Shown: one piece after another, positions 11,301 through 23,551 of the stretch
How the letters are laid out: each line of letters starts with the position of its first letter
Numbering within the stretch: the first letter of the stretch is position 1
DNA from: Bugula neritina
Taxonomy: Eukaryota > Animalia > Bryozoa
DNA length: 64,000 nt
Reading direction: 5' to 3'
Assembly (NCBI GenBank): GCA_964035545.1
Contig: OZ037773.1
Span: 4,679,751 to 4,743,750 of the forward strand
The notes under the pieces: model-generated
Database searches by the model: none
Seen by the model: only the letters and a program-made list of their open reading frames with translations
Told to the model about the DNA's origin: nothing
Made by a program: the position numbers and the translations under genes

Positions 11301-13313
11301 GACACCAATAGCTCTGTGGGGTCTGCTTTCGGCAGCAACAGCTACCGCCAAGTGAGTCTAGACTCCGCATCCAGTCTTGTTGATACTTTGATTGGAAATT
11401 ATGTTCTAAAACATGCCAGCTGTTTTTCAACTATTTATTTTTTAAAAATAGAAAACGTTTCACATTGTTGGTGAATTTATACATTGTGTTTGAAAGCTGC
11501 AAGAAAAGTTTGAAAGTATAGTTTAGCTGTTTTAAACATTTGATGAGTGTAAGTCAGATAATAGGCAAGTTTAGGTCCTAAACATATAAAGAGATATGAG
11601 CATGTATTGTTCTGAGAGCGAGCTAATGATACCTTCCTCTTTCTAGGACATGTACAATCCACAGCAGCAGCAGATGTCTCAGCAGCAGATGTCCCAGCAG
11701 CAGGCTCCCATGTACCAGTCGTTTCAGCAGCCGTATCAGCCACAGTTACAGTCGACTCCTCAGTACCACCAGCAACATGTGCAGCACCAACAGGGTGCTC
11801 AGAGACACCCTAACTCCATGCCACCTCAGATGTCTTTCCAGACTATGCGGGATGGTAAGCTGTGCTTCTTAAAGCTTTGTTTGGGTGTATCTTCTCCACC
11901 CTTTATGCCAGCTGATTTCAATTACTGTTTTTAAGGCTTTTTCTTCTCCATCATCTACATATATGCTGATAGCTCTTTTAGATTTTAACCAAGTGAGGAA
12001 TTTTAAAACTCGATAAGTTTTTTCTTTAGGTCAGAGCAAATAGTTTAAATTTTGTATCAGTGGTCAACCAATTGAGTTGAAGTATTTCTCCCGGAACATT
12101 CCAGTAGAGTTATGTAGACTCTTGTCTTATAATAGTAAGCCGAGTAAAATTATGGTGAAAGTTGTAGGACGTGCCGTGTAAACTAGTTATTTTTCTACGT
12201 GATGTGTTACTTGAATCGGGTGCACTGTTTTAGGGAAAGGACAGGAAGTATTAAAGATGAATGTCGCGGACTGGAACATCACGAAAAATGATGAGACAGG
12301 ACAAGTTTTCATGACGCCAGGAGTGTCCAATTACAGTGGCTTACTCAAGGTAATACATTACTTCACCAGTGTTACATCTTATGTGAAGGGAAACATTTGT
12401 GAAACTATATTCTTATTGTCTTTCCACTAAAGCCTTTTCGGCTAGTGCTTTGCGGCACATGTAAGATGGAGAGCTCATTTGACGGCGATTGTATTTAAAG
12501 ACATTGTATTGTAGGTTTTATAGTGTTGTGTTCTTTAAAAACCATTTTTCTCTGAGATTTTGTTCTAAATTTTTATAGAGGAGACAAATCTGTAGTTTTT
12601 CACAAAGTTTCTATTTCACCTCATGCTAGATTCTTTAGATCCTAATATTGTGCCTCTCAGTTTGAAGGAAACATCTTTGCAAAATTAGTAAATCCAGAAT
12701 ACTTTGAAATTATTTCTGTATTTTATTTAACACATTGCTCTAAGTATAGTTTTTCTCGTATCAGGAAGATGAAACTAATTCTTTTAAAAGTTTGTTTTTT
12801 ACTCCTATTGTTTATCTATTTTTTTAGCCAATTGAATTGGTTGAGGACGCATTTATCGGACATGAGATGACTATAGATGAGATTTTACAAGCTGCCAAGA
12901 ATAACCCTAATTCTGAGATTTATGTCCCGTCTAATCTAAGTGAACATATCAATACTCTCTTTAACAATGTGAGTAGTCGTTTATACTAACTGCTACTACT
13001 ACTAATAATAATAACTGCTGCTGCTACTACTACTGCTACTTCTACTACTACTACTACTACCACCACTACTACTACCACCACTACCACCACCGCCACTACC
13101 ACCACCACCACTACCACTACTACCAAAGCCACCACTTCTAGTTTGGCAGTGCTCATTTTAGACATCAAGTAGCATTTTCTCCAAATCACTGCACCTTACT
13201 GATTCTTTGATGTTGAATTGGCGCAGGTTTTGGAAGGTGAGCCAATGCAGCCAGGTGTAGACGGTGGAGAGATGCAGGTTAGCAGCAGTATAAACAGTTC
13301 ACAGGCTGGCTGA
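5344..13313 (+). CDS. REL: Rel/NF-kB family transcription factor (class II, Dorsal/c-Rel-like; RHD + IPT + NLS + Q-rich/acidic C-terminus, no ankyrin repeats), 13 coding exons, 546 aa
   Basis: Exons 5344-5417, 5995-6082, 7093-7247, 7488-7579, 8491-8637, 9025-9123, 10432-10662, 11041-11127, 11236-11351, 11647-11854, 12234-12349, 12828-12968, 13227-13313 (1641 nt, in frame). Motifs [62 protein letters not shown], and KR-x10-KRFK NLS. AATAAA at 13866. Confidence 0.92.
8661..8825 (+). mobile_element. Foldback/MITE-like family A, copy 1 (~165 bp)
   Basis: Imperfect inverted ends GCAGTAGTGGAGAAATTGAGATAGCC ... GGCTTTTCTCAGTTTCCCCATTACTGC; three further copies in the window. Confidence 0.75.
9148..9785 (+). 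repeat. Minisatellite, 24-26 bp unit GTGGGCTCTCTCTATACCCTGTAG, ~25 copies
   Basis: Directly visible tandem array starting ~25 nt after the Rel exon donor at 9123. Confidence 0.95.
9993..10413 (+). repeat. Minisatellite, 21-24 bp unit CTGACTAATGATGTCATACTA, ~19 copies
   Basis: Directly visible tandem array ending ~18 nt before the acceptor at 10431. Confidence 0.95.
12990..13137. repeat. (CTA/CCA)n compound microsatellite
   Basis: Visible triplet tract in the last Rel intron. Confidence 0.9.
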
Positions 13314-14393
13314 TTCTTGAGAAACATTGACTGTGATGTTCCAACTCAAAGATGTACATAGCTTACAAATGTAACTTTGATATTATAGTCACATTTTTCA
13401 CATATTAAGTGATGATGTTGTGTCAGAGTTGAAAGGGTTTACAGTGCGTCATATACAAACTCCTGATTTCGCACATATATATGGTTTATTGTGGGAAATT
13501 TCTTTTGTTTTGTGCAATTATACCACTCTTACTCTTCAATATTTTGTATTCAATTATAGCCATTTCTTTTTATATAATACCATCTTCTGTTGGGAAAGAC
13601 AACTATATTTATTGAAGGCTACAGTACTGCACATGAAGTTTTATTCATATAATACAATTTTACTACCCGAAAGCTTTATTTTAAATCATATTTTCAGTCC
13701 ATGCCATTATTTCTGCACATTAATAATGTGGCTGTTACTCTTCATTTGCTTTTTTTCAGTTGCATTCATATGGTGATTGAATTTTTTTTCTGTATATTTA
13801 AACACGCTTTGTGTTGTTTAATTGTCGCTTCACTATTGTAGATCTGTGCCTAATGAAGCATATACAATAAAATAAAAACATAGCCCTACCAGTGTTTTGG
13901 TTGCAGAGCAGTTTCACTGACTACACTTCGATTATATTACTTATGTTTTTGCTTTTCGTAACAAGTGCCAGTTGTGGAAAAATGTGCACATGGTACACTG
14001 CTAATTTGAATATGGTAGAACTATTTCTTACAGCTAGTAAAATTGTAACAACTTCATTCATGACAACGTGCCAAAAGGTCCTGTAGTAGGAGATAAGAAT
14101 TATGTAGATGTTTCTTTTACTGAATCATAATGATTTTCAATAGACATGCTTGATTTACAGCTTCACAAATCTAAGCACTCGGAAATCAATCATTAAACAA
14201 TGCTATTAGTTTGAATTAATAATTTACAACTGCTTGAAGTTGAACTACAACTTCCCAGAGGTAACTTAAAACAGTGAAATTACAACACTATGTGTTATGT
14301 AAATGCAATATCTGGTTGAGCTAGCCTCATAACTTTTACTACAGCTTAGAACTACTTTATTGGCTAAAAAAATATTAGACTTTGTTGTAAAAA

Positions 14394-14585
14394 CAGTGCT
14401 CTCTCCATATCTCACTAAACTGCAGTCCCGAAACCTCAATTCATGACAGCAGAATACCATATCCAACTCGGGAAGGTGTTCAAGTTGGCCATTTCGGCCC
14501 TATACACACATACATAAGCTACACAGCATGGAGGGGTCCAATCCCATCTCATGACCTGGAACTGAGAGATATGTAGGAAGCACTG
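14394..14585. mobile_element. Tc1/mariner-type MITE family, copy 1
   Basis: TIR CAGTGCTCTCTCCATATCTCA ... TGAGAGATATGTAGGAAGCACTG; internal sequence (TTGGCCATTT...CCCTATACACACATACAT) shared with 46396-46607. Confidence 0.7.
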
Positions 14586-14785
14586 CATATGTTTCCTACT
14601 GATTAGCATCACACTCAATGCAGTAAAGTATAAAATAGTATTTATTCAAAAATAGTACAATATAACTACTAAAGCTAAAATGACAGTTCTATAGAGAAGG
14701 CAACTCTGACCATGATTGCAAAACAATGTTATATATGTATTGCACGCAAATAAATTATAGTTTGTGAGCATTCAACTTGAAAAGA

Positions 14786-17700
14786 CTACAACTTATTGTA
14801 GCCTTCTGACGATTCGGATGATTTATCAGCATACTTTAACCCTGTACCCTCTAACACGGATATTTTCTGAAAGTTAGGAACGACTTCAGCTACAAACGAC
14901 CTAAAAGTAAAAAAAGGCATTTTCAAGAAATAGCCACTTCCTTTAACAAGAAAAAATAACGACTTTGTACCAAACATTCACAAATAAAATAAATAAGATT
15001 GTTCTACATACAAAGATTGCCAATCAGCATTTGTAATAATTAAACATTTAAAACAGCTAAATTTACTTCAAGTGACTCACTTGTCAATAGCTTTGGCTAT
15101 TCAACAAAATTACATGACTAAAAAGTTAAAACCTTCTTAACTTTAACCTTTAAAGTCATTTTAGAATATTTTCTAAACCTGATTTATTCTAAAGCAAAAA
15201 ATAAAAATTTAGCAGATAACAGAGCTGGAAAAGCCCTCATTTGATTTATAAACTAAACCAACATTAAATACATGAAAAGAGAAAACTGGAAATTTTACAG
15301 TTTTAATGTTTGCCAGTTACTGAACTGTTTTTACATTGGGACACGTGAAACAGTAAACAGTGTTACTTACTGTAGCCTCTTTATCATCTCCTGAGGCAAC
15401 CATCTGGGTGACCAGGGATACGACCTCGTGCTTTTACTAAACGGCTTTTCAGAGGCATCTGTGTGATAGACTGAGCGGAAAGTCAACTTTGGTTGCTTCT
15501 CAGGAAAATATACCGGCATGTTGACTACAAATCAACAACGTGTGTTAAGAGTTGTTATCTCATGGTTTGTCCAACAATAAACTTGGAAAATGATTACCCA
15601 TGATAGAACTCAACCCGTTTACGCATATTCCCAGTGTCATACAATTCCTGGTCATAAACAAGTTCAACTATAATGAATTTGAGCTCTACAGCAATAAATA
15701 GGTTGAAAATTTTATTTTAATTTTAATTTAAATTTGGAAATTAAAATTTAATTCTAATTTCAAAATTGTGACAAAAAGTAGTAAACTATCATACGTACAC
15801 TTTTAAATGAATAGAAAAATGGTTTTAGTGAGAATCTCAAACAAGGTGAGATAATAGAATAAACACCTTGAAGAATGAAGTGGAAATCGAGGAAGTTGAT
15901 GAGAGCAGTGGCTGTTTGATACTCCACTACGTCTGCTTCTATCACACCTCTATAGCAACAGAGTAACATAGCAACAGAGTAACATAGCAACAGAGTAACA
16001 TAGCAACAGAGTAATATAGCAACACAGTAACATAGCAACACAGTAACATAGCAACACAGTAACATAGCAACATAGTAACATAACAAAATAGTAACAAAAA
16101 CATAGTAAAGTAACAAAATAGTAATATAGCAACATATAATAAGTCCATTGTTAGTAGATAGCTTAATGGAATACACATATTTAAAGTATAGAGCTCAATT
16201 TTGGACTGTTATTCAAATTTTGACAGTTTTCTTTCCAGAAAAAAGAGGAAAATAAATTAGGAACTTATAACATAACGCACAGTTATTTAATTGCAAGCCT
16301 CTCACATATGCAATATCGTACATGATTTAGATTTTAGGGTTTACCTTTGAAAACACTAATTTATCAAAATTCATCAAGCTAGATGATAAAATGTAATCAA
16401 AATATCTAACTGATTAGTAAAAATATGAGGATAAATATATTTTTTAAATACCCGGAGAAGCCAGCCAGGAAAGCCTCAATGTATGCTTTTCTCTTGCTCA
16501 GCCCCGAGTCAAGGGCCTCTATCTTCTGGTCTAAGAATTCTTTCAGCTCTGTTATATACTGAGGTATGTTAGTAGAGTGGAGAGCGGGGAATTGTAACCC
16601 ATTCCCAAATGCCCTGCAGCACGTGGCAATAATAATGTAATTAAATGACACAATACTATACTTAAACAATATGCCTAAACAATATATCTAAACGATAAAC
16701 TATATAACATATATAGACAATATATCTAAGCAAAATATCTAGACAATATATCTAAGCAATATAAATATATATATATAAACAACAAATCTAAATAATATGT
16801 TTAAGTAAAGTGTCTAAACAACTTATATAAACAATATATATATAAACAATATATGAAAATATTTTTAAGAAACTAGAAAAAAAATTTGTTCCAATTTTTA
16901 GACTAACAAGTGAAGTTGAAGAAGAATTTCGATTGATAAAACATCAGAAACACTACAAATCGTCTATCAATCTGTAACTACATATAAGCTATATAATTTA
17001 CTGGTTTTCTGCGGAAGAGACTGATAAAAGACTACATACTTGTTGAGCCTGGGGCTCACACACACCCCATCTACTGGTTTGCTGGCAATGTCAGGTGAGT
17101 TGAATTCTAACTTCAAGATAACTAAGTCTTCACCTTTGAGGCCCTGTAAGGATTCAACATTCACTAGTGTAGTTTATAGCTAAAAACAGCTTCAACTATT
17201 TGGTACAAAACCGTTGAAATATACCTTGAATTTTTATAGCAAACAACCCTATAACTAATTGAAAAATACAGAAAATAGTTCAACAATATACATTTAAGGT
17301 GACGTATTCATACGGCACACTGCGTCAAAACTTTAAATCATTGTAAACTTCTTAGTTGATGATCGTTTCAGTTCTTACCCTTGTGCCGGCCTATATTTAA
17401 TATATATTGACTTTATCACTATGGCTTATAAATTATTGACTATACATACTTAGTTAATCACACTTACACATCGCTAACTGTATAGTCAGTTCACTGTCAC
17501 TCACTAGGTACTCACTTGAAATAGTTACTCACACATTATGAACTTCACATAGCCAGTTATTGACTGTCACTTACACAGCGTTGGCTATACATATTATCAG
17601 TCATTCACACACTACTAACTGCATATAGTCACTCACTCCTGACAAGTTAGTGCAACATACTTACACCAAATCTCTTTACTGGTATCTTTTCAAAGGGTCC

Positions 17701-19524
17701 TTCAACTTTTACCAGAAACATGACAGTGGGCTGGTGCTGAACCTATAAAATGTTTTTCTATAAGTTAAATAATATACTGGCAGCAAATAAACAATAAATA
17801 TTCAACTTTGAAAATCTACTGTCACAGTTGCATTCATCAAACACTTAGCAAGTTATATGCGCTGAAAAAGAAAACACAAAACTTGTTGGTGGTCAAATAG
17901 CCAAGACTTTGTGTAGGGAAGTAACTGGCAGCATTTATACAGCCTGGATGCAGTCTGCAACAACAAGCTGAGTATAAACTACTCCAACCATCAGGTTATA
18001 CCTTCTTGTCATAAGGAAGGATGTGCACCTCAACCAGCTTCTCATCAATGACTTGTATGATATTGTTGTACATAGCCTGTAATCTAGGGAACTTTGAGAG
18101 AAGGCTACACTGGTAAAGCCTGTACTCACTGTACAGTTCAGTAAATACATGTGACAAGGCTAAGGGGTCTCTAGGATCCCAGTTTACCAAGCTCTGTAAA
18201 CACATAACAATTCAACTAATAAAGAATACGCTTAGCATTTACTACTATTGTGAATGAAAGGTTGTTGGGATGAGAAAGAATATGCAAAAAACTGGATTGA
18301 AGACACCAATCATTCGTATATGTTATTAACAGTCAAGAAACTATTTTTTTTTAAAATAGCTATATTATATAAATATATATACATATGTATATATAGGTAG
18401 ATATAAATATTGTATACACACACTCATGCACTTACACACACGCACACACACACACACACACACATATAGATATATTGATATATAGGTATGTAGATATATT
18501 GATATACATATATTGATTTACCTTTACATTGTCTAGATCAGGTTCAAAAGTATGACAATCAAATATGAAGTCAGGTGGCAAATCTGGCTCGCTGTGATTA
18601 AACATAAGTTCCCCTGCAAAAGTCACATAACTAAAACACAAGTATCTCAACAATTGCAAGTAAAAGTCTCTGCAAATTACTTGGCAATCAAGTTCACCAA
18701 ATTCAAAATTACAAACTTTAAACAGTTAAATCAAATCATTTCAATTAGAAAATAATTTATAGGAATGAAAATTAAAGTTTCTGTTGCATATATTTCCATT
18801 TGAGCTTGAGGACACCCATAAGATTACTTACACTCAATGATATCAGAAGCATAAGGCACCAGCACAGTAAATCTATCTGCAGGCTCCACCCGTTGCGTCA
18901 GAGAAGAACTAAACACATCAGCAAATAAATTGGACTTGTATATTGTGCGAACAATACTTTCTAAGCATTGTTGAGTTAGTGAAAAGTTAACCAAACATGC
19001 AGGTATAAAGTAGCTGCTATACTGTTAAAATTCTGGTCACATTTATACATAATTTTACAAAGCTAAATTTAATATCAAAGATCTCTGAAATATTCTTGAA
19101 ACATAGGCATAATCTGTGTAATGCAGGGTACTGTATACTTCAAACTTCACAACTAAATCTGCACATGATGTTGTCACCGCAGTAAAGCATAGCATAAAAC
19201 AGCTACTTTGCAATATGTGTCAACATATTATGGGTTCCAGACTAAAGTGTCAGTGAACGTGTCTTATAATAGATCTTAACCGATTCTACTTAATGAATAA
19301 TATGACATATTAGTTTACAAAATATAGTAGAGTCAGTACAAACAGTCTAAAATACTAAATATTGAACAATATAGAGTTATAGGCCTTATGCAGCCAATGC
19401 CACTCCAGTCATTGTTTTACCCTGATCTGAAATTGTTGAGAGTACAACATGCGCTACATATGCCAAGCTTCTCAGTAGTTGTGAGTGCTTCTAGAAATTT
19501 CTTTATCCAGACAGGGGCACCCAT
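14786..19524 (-). CDS. BABAM2: BRISC and BRCA1-A complex member 2 (BRE/BRCC45), 10 coding exons, 386 aa
   Basis: Exons 19524-19421, 18908-18832, 18613-18522, 18193-18002, 17742-17665, 17143-17040, 16613-16452, 15949-15867, 15524-15371, 14900-14786 (1161 nt, in frame). Motifs DRFTVLVPYA, WELMFN..PDLPPDFIF, VSPRL, KRKAYIEAFL, FPEKQPKLTFRSVYH, YPWSPRW, VPNFQ match BRE. AATAAA on - strand at 14641-14646. Confidence 0.92.
15951..16135 (-). repeat. 16-bp minisatellite (TGTTACTCTGTTGCTA) ending in the BABAM2 splice acceptor
   Basis: Visible tandem array, degenerating away from the exon. Confidence 0.9.
16665..16855. repeat. Degenerate ~13-bp tandem repeat (AACAATATATCTA)
   Basis: Repeated AACAATATAT-like units near the 3' end of a BABAM2 intron. 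Confidence 0.7.
18433..18463. repeat. (CA)n microsatellite
   Basis: Visible dinucleotide run. Confidence 0.9.
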
Positions 19525-20339
19525 CTTTGTTTTTCTTACTTTTCTTTGCCTTCAATTAAATTAAAATGCCTAAGCAACCAATTTCATTTTGCCAAATACA
19601 AAATATCATTGTTAGTATGAGTAGGCTATAACACTACCAATAATTTGCAAACACTAACAGTAACAGTGAAACTGAAACTGCAGCAAATAGCCAAATTTAA
19701 ATTGATACTCAATTCATATTCAATATCAATATAAATATGGATATGATATTTATAATTATATTGAATTGATAATATTAATAATAATATGAATATCAATACC
19801 AATATGTTAGTGAATATCACCAAACAAGTGAATTTGGGTATCTATTTGACATTCAGATCTATTATTAATCAGTATTATCATAGTTCATAATCATAATAAA
19901 TGAGATACTACAAGTTGAAGTACAATAACAAATATTTACATTAAACATTAAATTTAATTATAATTATTATTACTAATTTTTATATTATTATTATCATTTT
20001 ATTATGATCATCACTACAATACTGATTCTGATGATGATACCCATACTCACTTACTGATAACCATAACCATAGTGATAATCATAATAATAATATTAATTAT
20101 AATCATAATGTTATAATTAATATTATTATATTTATCAATTTGAAGTTAAACTTAATGATATTCAATTTCATGTTCACCATATTGATATTGGCTACCACTA
20201 TGCGGGTATGCCTATGCCAATTGACTGCAGTTGCAATTGGACTTGGTATCACTATCATTATTAATCTAATAAATAATTAAAATAATCAGATTAACTTTAA
20301 GACACTAGTGCTAGTAGTCGTACTGATACTGAGAAACTA

Positions 20340-20820
20340 CAAGCTCGGAGTTTCCTGTATATTGCATATATTACAAAAGTGAAAATAGTTTTGACGCTGT
20401 CACTGTTGATCTGAGGTCTGAAAACAAGTCTTAGCCTGCGCCTTTCAATCATCAGGTTTTAACGTCAATCAGTCGGTTGAGTACATATAATAGGCGCCTA
20501 CTTATCAAAAATCATCGTACAGCCACGAACTAGAGAGGTCGATGCCGAAAAAGCATCGGTTGAAGTTGCACTAAGTTGGGGGTGACTGATTGCAGTAGTT
20601 CAAAAGTCTCCAGTTGGAGTTGTGGGCTTGAAGTTTGGATACAAGTTGTGCATACAAGCGATGTACACAGTCACCCCCAACTGAGTGTTGTTTTTAGCGC
20701 GTACCCAAGCAAAAGGCGGAGCTTCTTTAGGTTTGCAAAAGTGTAGTCAAGTAAGATTAGGTGTTAGTATTTAGTATGCTTCAGCTTGTCAGCCTTTGCC
20801 TTTGGTTTTCCCAAAGTTCA
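20340..20820. promoter_or_regulatory. Putative divergent promoter for BABAM2 (-) and the SLC25 gene (+)
   Basis: GC/CpG-richer island between head-to-head genes; + strand donor CAA|GTAAGA at 20750/20751; GC-box-like AGGCGGAG at ~20714. Confidence 0.5.
20569..20687. mobile_element. Foldback/MITE-like family B, copy 1
   Basis: Inverted repeat CACTAAGTTGGGGGTGACTG ... CAGTCACCCCCAACTGAGTG; the same termini bound 23690-23988. Confidence 0.65.
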
Positions 20821-23551
20821 TATATTGATAATATTAAATAGAACAATTGTATTGCACTTGCACTAGCATTATTCATCACTATTTTAGTCTTTAATTTTGC
20901 CTGTTACTGTTGGACGTTAGTATTACTACTACTAGTACTAGTTACTACTGAGTACTGACATTGTGATTGTGATTGTCACTATGACTATCAATATGAATAT
21001 CATTGCCATTCACTCATTGTCATTGTGATTGTTACCAAGTCTAATACTAATACTAATAGTAATAGTAATACTTATACTAATACTAATAGTATAAGTATTA
21101 GTATGACTATGAGTATATCATATATGATTATATTTATAGTTAATATTTATATTATTACAAATACATTACATTTAGTTATATTCTATTAGTATTCGCATTA
21201 TGATTAATCGAATTCGAAATGATAAATGTTGACTTTTATATTGATCATCAATATGACAATATCACAACATGATATTATAATAAGTATAATAATTACCATT
21301 ATGATTATGACTGTGGATGCGAAAATGAAAATATTTGATGATGGCACTTGCTGTTATTTTAATAGCTATAATTTTAATTTATTCATTTTGAATTATGATG
21401 TTATCCAGACCAAATCTAATGAGTAATAACTATAAAGAATAAAAAAGAGTAATAAGCTAATAAGCTAATAGTAATAGTAATACCAATAGTATTACTATTG
21501 TTACTGGTAGTAGTACTAGTACTTGTACTGATACTAGTTATGAATATGAATATATTGAAAATAAATACTTGTGATTACTAAAAGTAAATTAGAATTTGCT
21601 ATCTATGCAATGTGAGTAGTAGTACAAACAATGATTACAGAGGAGTACCATTATGGATAATTTTAATCTACATTTGAGCTTTAATAATGTTACTAATAGT
21701 AATAGCTAGTCCAATTACTAGTTAAGGCCATAAAGGTTCAGGTTCAGTTTACGATAATATACAAGAAACAGGCGTTATATTTGAGTAGCGCACTTGTAGT
21801 TGTAGCCACTCAAATTTTTTACAAAGCAACAGAAATTTGCTAATCAAAAATCAATGGTTCATATTTTTGAAGAAATGCCACATTGAAAAATCTGATAATA
21901 TCGCACTCCACATAGCCATACAGTTACTGAAAGCACCAGAATAATTCCATACCCCCATTTTCAACAAAATCCAAGTATTGTAAATACTTAGGGTTGCCGA
22001 AAGAGAATCAGTGTGTTTTGTACAGTTGTTTACATTTAGTAGTTATTTCAAGTTATCCATGAAGTCAAAGGTGATCTCCTTTTTTGGTATGCATACGTCA
22101 ATCAAAAGAATGAATTGTTCACTAAAAGTAAAAGTGTTGTGGAATATTGTGCTCAGAACTGCAGATTTAGTTATTTTATAAATGTTCTTGTAAAATTGAA
22201 ACAAGTATACTGATGAGGAAACCAGAAAGGTCCGGTGTTCTACATGAGAAGCATTGCAATAGACAGTTGAAGTTCATAGACAGTCTAAACTATTGACAAT
22301 TTGCCATTCACCCATCTGAGATTTGGTTTAAACAGCTGATCATGTTCTGTGTTTGTTTTTAGTAGAAAAATATGTTAGAATACCTCTATAAGCTGAACCA
22401 CCATTATGTATGGGTCCAAAGTTTTCATCTAAGTACCTAACAATAAGTAGTAATTGGTGATAGAAAATGAAATTTTTATCACAACTGGTTATATCTGGAA
22501 AGACCAGTGCTAACCTGATTCCTTACACACTGCTTCTCATACCACGAATCTGTTGTTGCTGTTTGCATTAACTTATGGTTGTGGTTTCATTGACCTGTTC
22601 CTAAACATGAGAATGAAAGCTTCAGTCCCATAATGCAAAGCTATGAGACGCAGTGACATACTAATCTTCAGTCAGTGTAAAGCTAGGCAATAAGTAGGAA
22701 TTATTATGACAGTAATAAAAGAGTTAATAGCTTTAAATATACCAATTCATAATGGTTATGTTAATGCTCTGGACTTAAGTTTACTACAACTATGGCACTG
22801 GTCTATACTTGTTATTTTATTTTTGAAGTTTGCTAGTGCTGCTACATTTTCACTGTTCCAATTTCTTTACTCCCTTATATATAAACTGTAGCATCATAAA
22901 CTTTTTATAACCTGTTGTGTATGTTCATGCACTAAGTGACTTGAAGCTGTTGGTTGCAGTTTTCGTCATCTAACCTGTGATTTTCCAGAATTGAGTATTA
23001 TATTAAACTAAATCCTAATACTGCTGCCGATACTACTTTAAGCTGCTGCTAAGTTGTGACCTAAACTTACATTCTTTAAACTTTTGCCAAAAGCTTTTTT
23101 GTGAATACCATAAAAGTCTCTATTCCTCTGGTAACCCCTGATAGCAAGGGATTTTAAACAGGCTAAGGACTTTACCACTTACCATGTTAGTAACCTGGCT
23201 GGAGGACTTTTACTGGGTTTCAGTTGCCAATTACTGATTTATTATTCTGTATTGTACTTTACCAGTCAAGTATTTCTATTTAATATAAGTTTGATAACTC
23301 TTATGTAATATTTATTCTTAGGATTTGCATTTACTGTACTTAATACAATATGTTGGTGCTAAGTCTATTGTACTGAAAACTAAACCTATGTACCTTCTTG
23401 CTTAGTGAAAGTTTCCATTACTTCTCATTGTTACTATTGAAAATATTTATATTTTCTATTATTTTAGCAACTGGATTGTGGGAAAGGAAATATGTAAGTA
23501 TACTGTGATAGAATATACTCAAAGTGAACAATCAGTCCACTGCTGGTCAAG

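Noticed and set aside
5344-13313. NF-kB p105/Relish or NFAT assignment
   Set aside because: No ankyrin repeats or long glycine-rich region before the stop; the recognition loop RFRYECEG is Rel-type, not NFAT-type.
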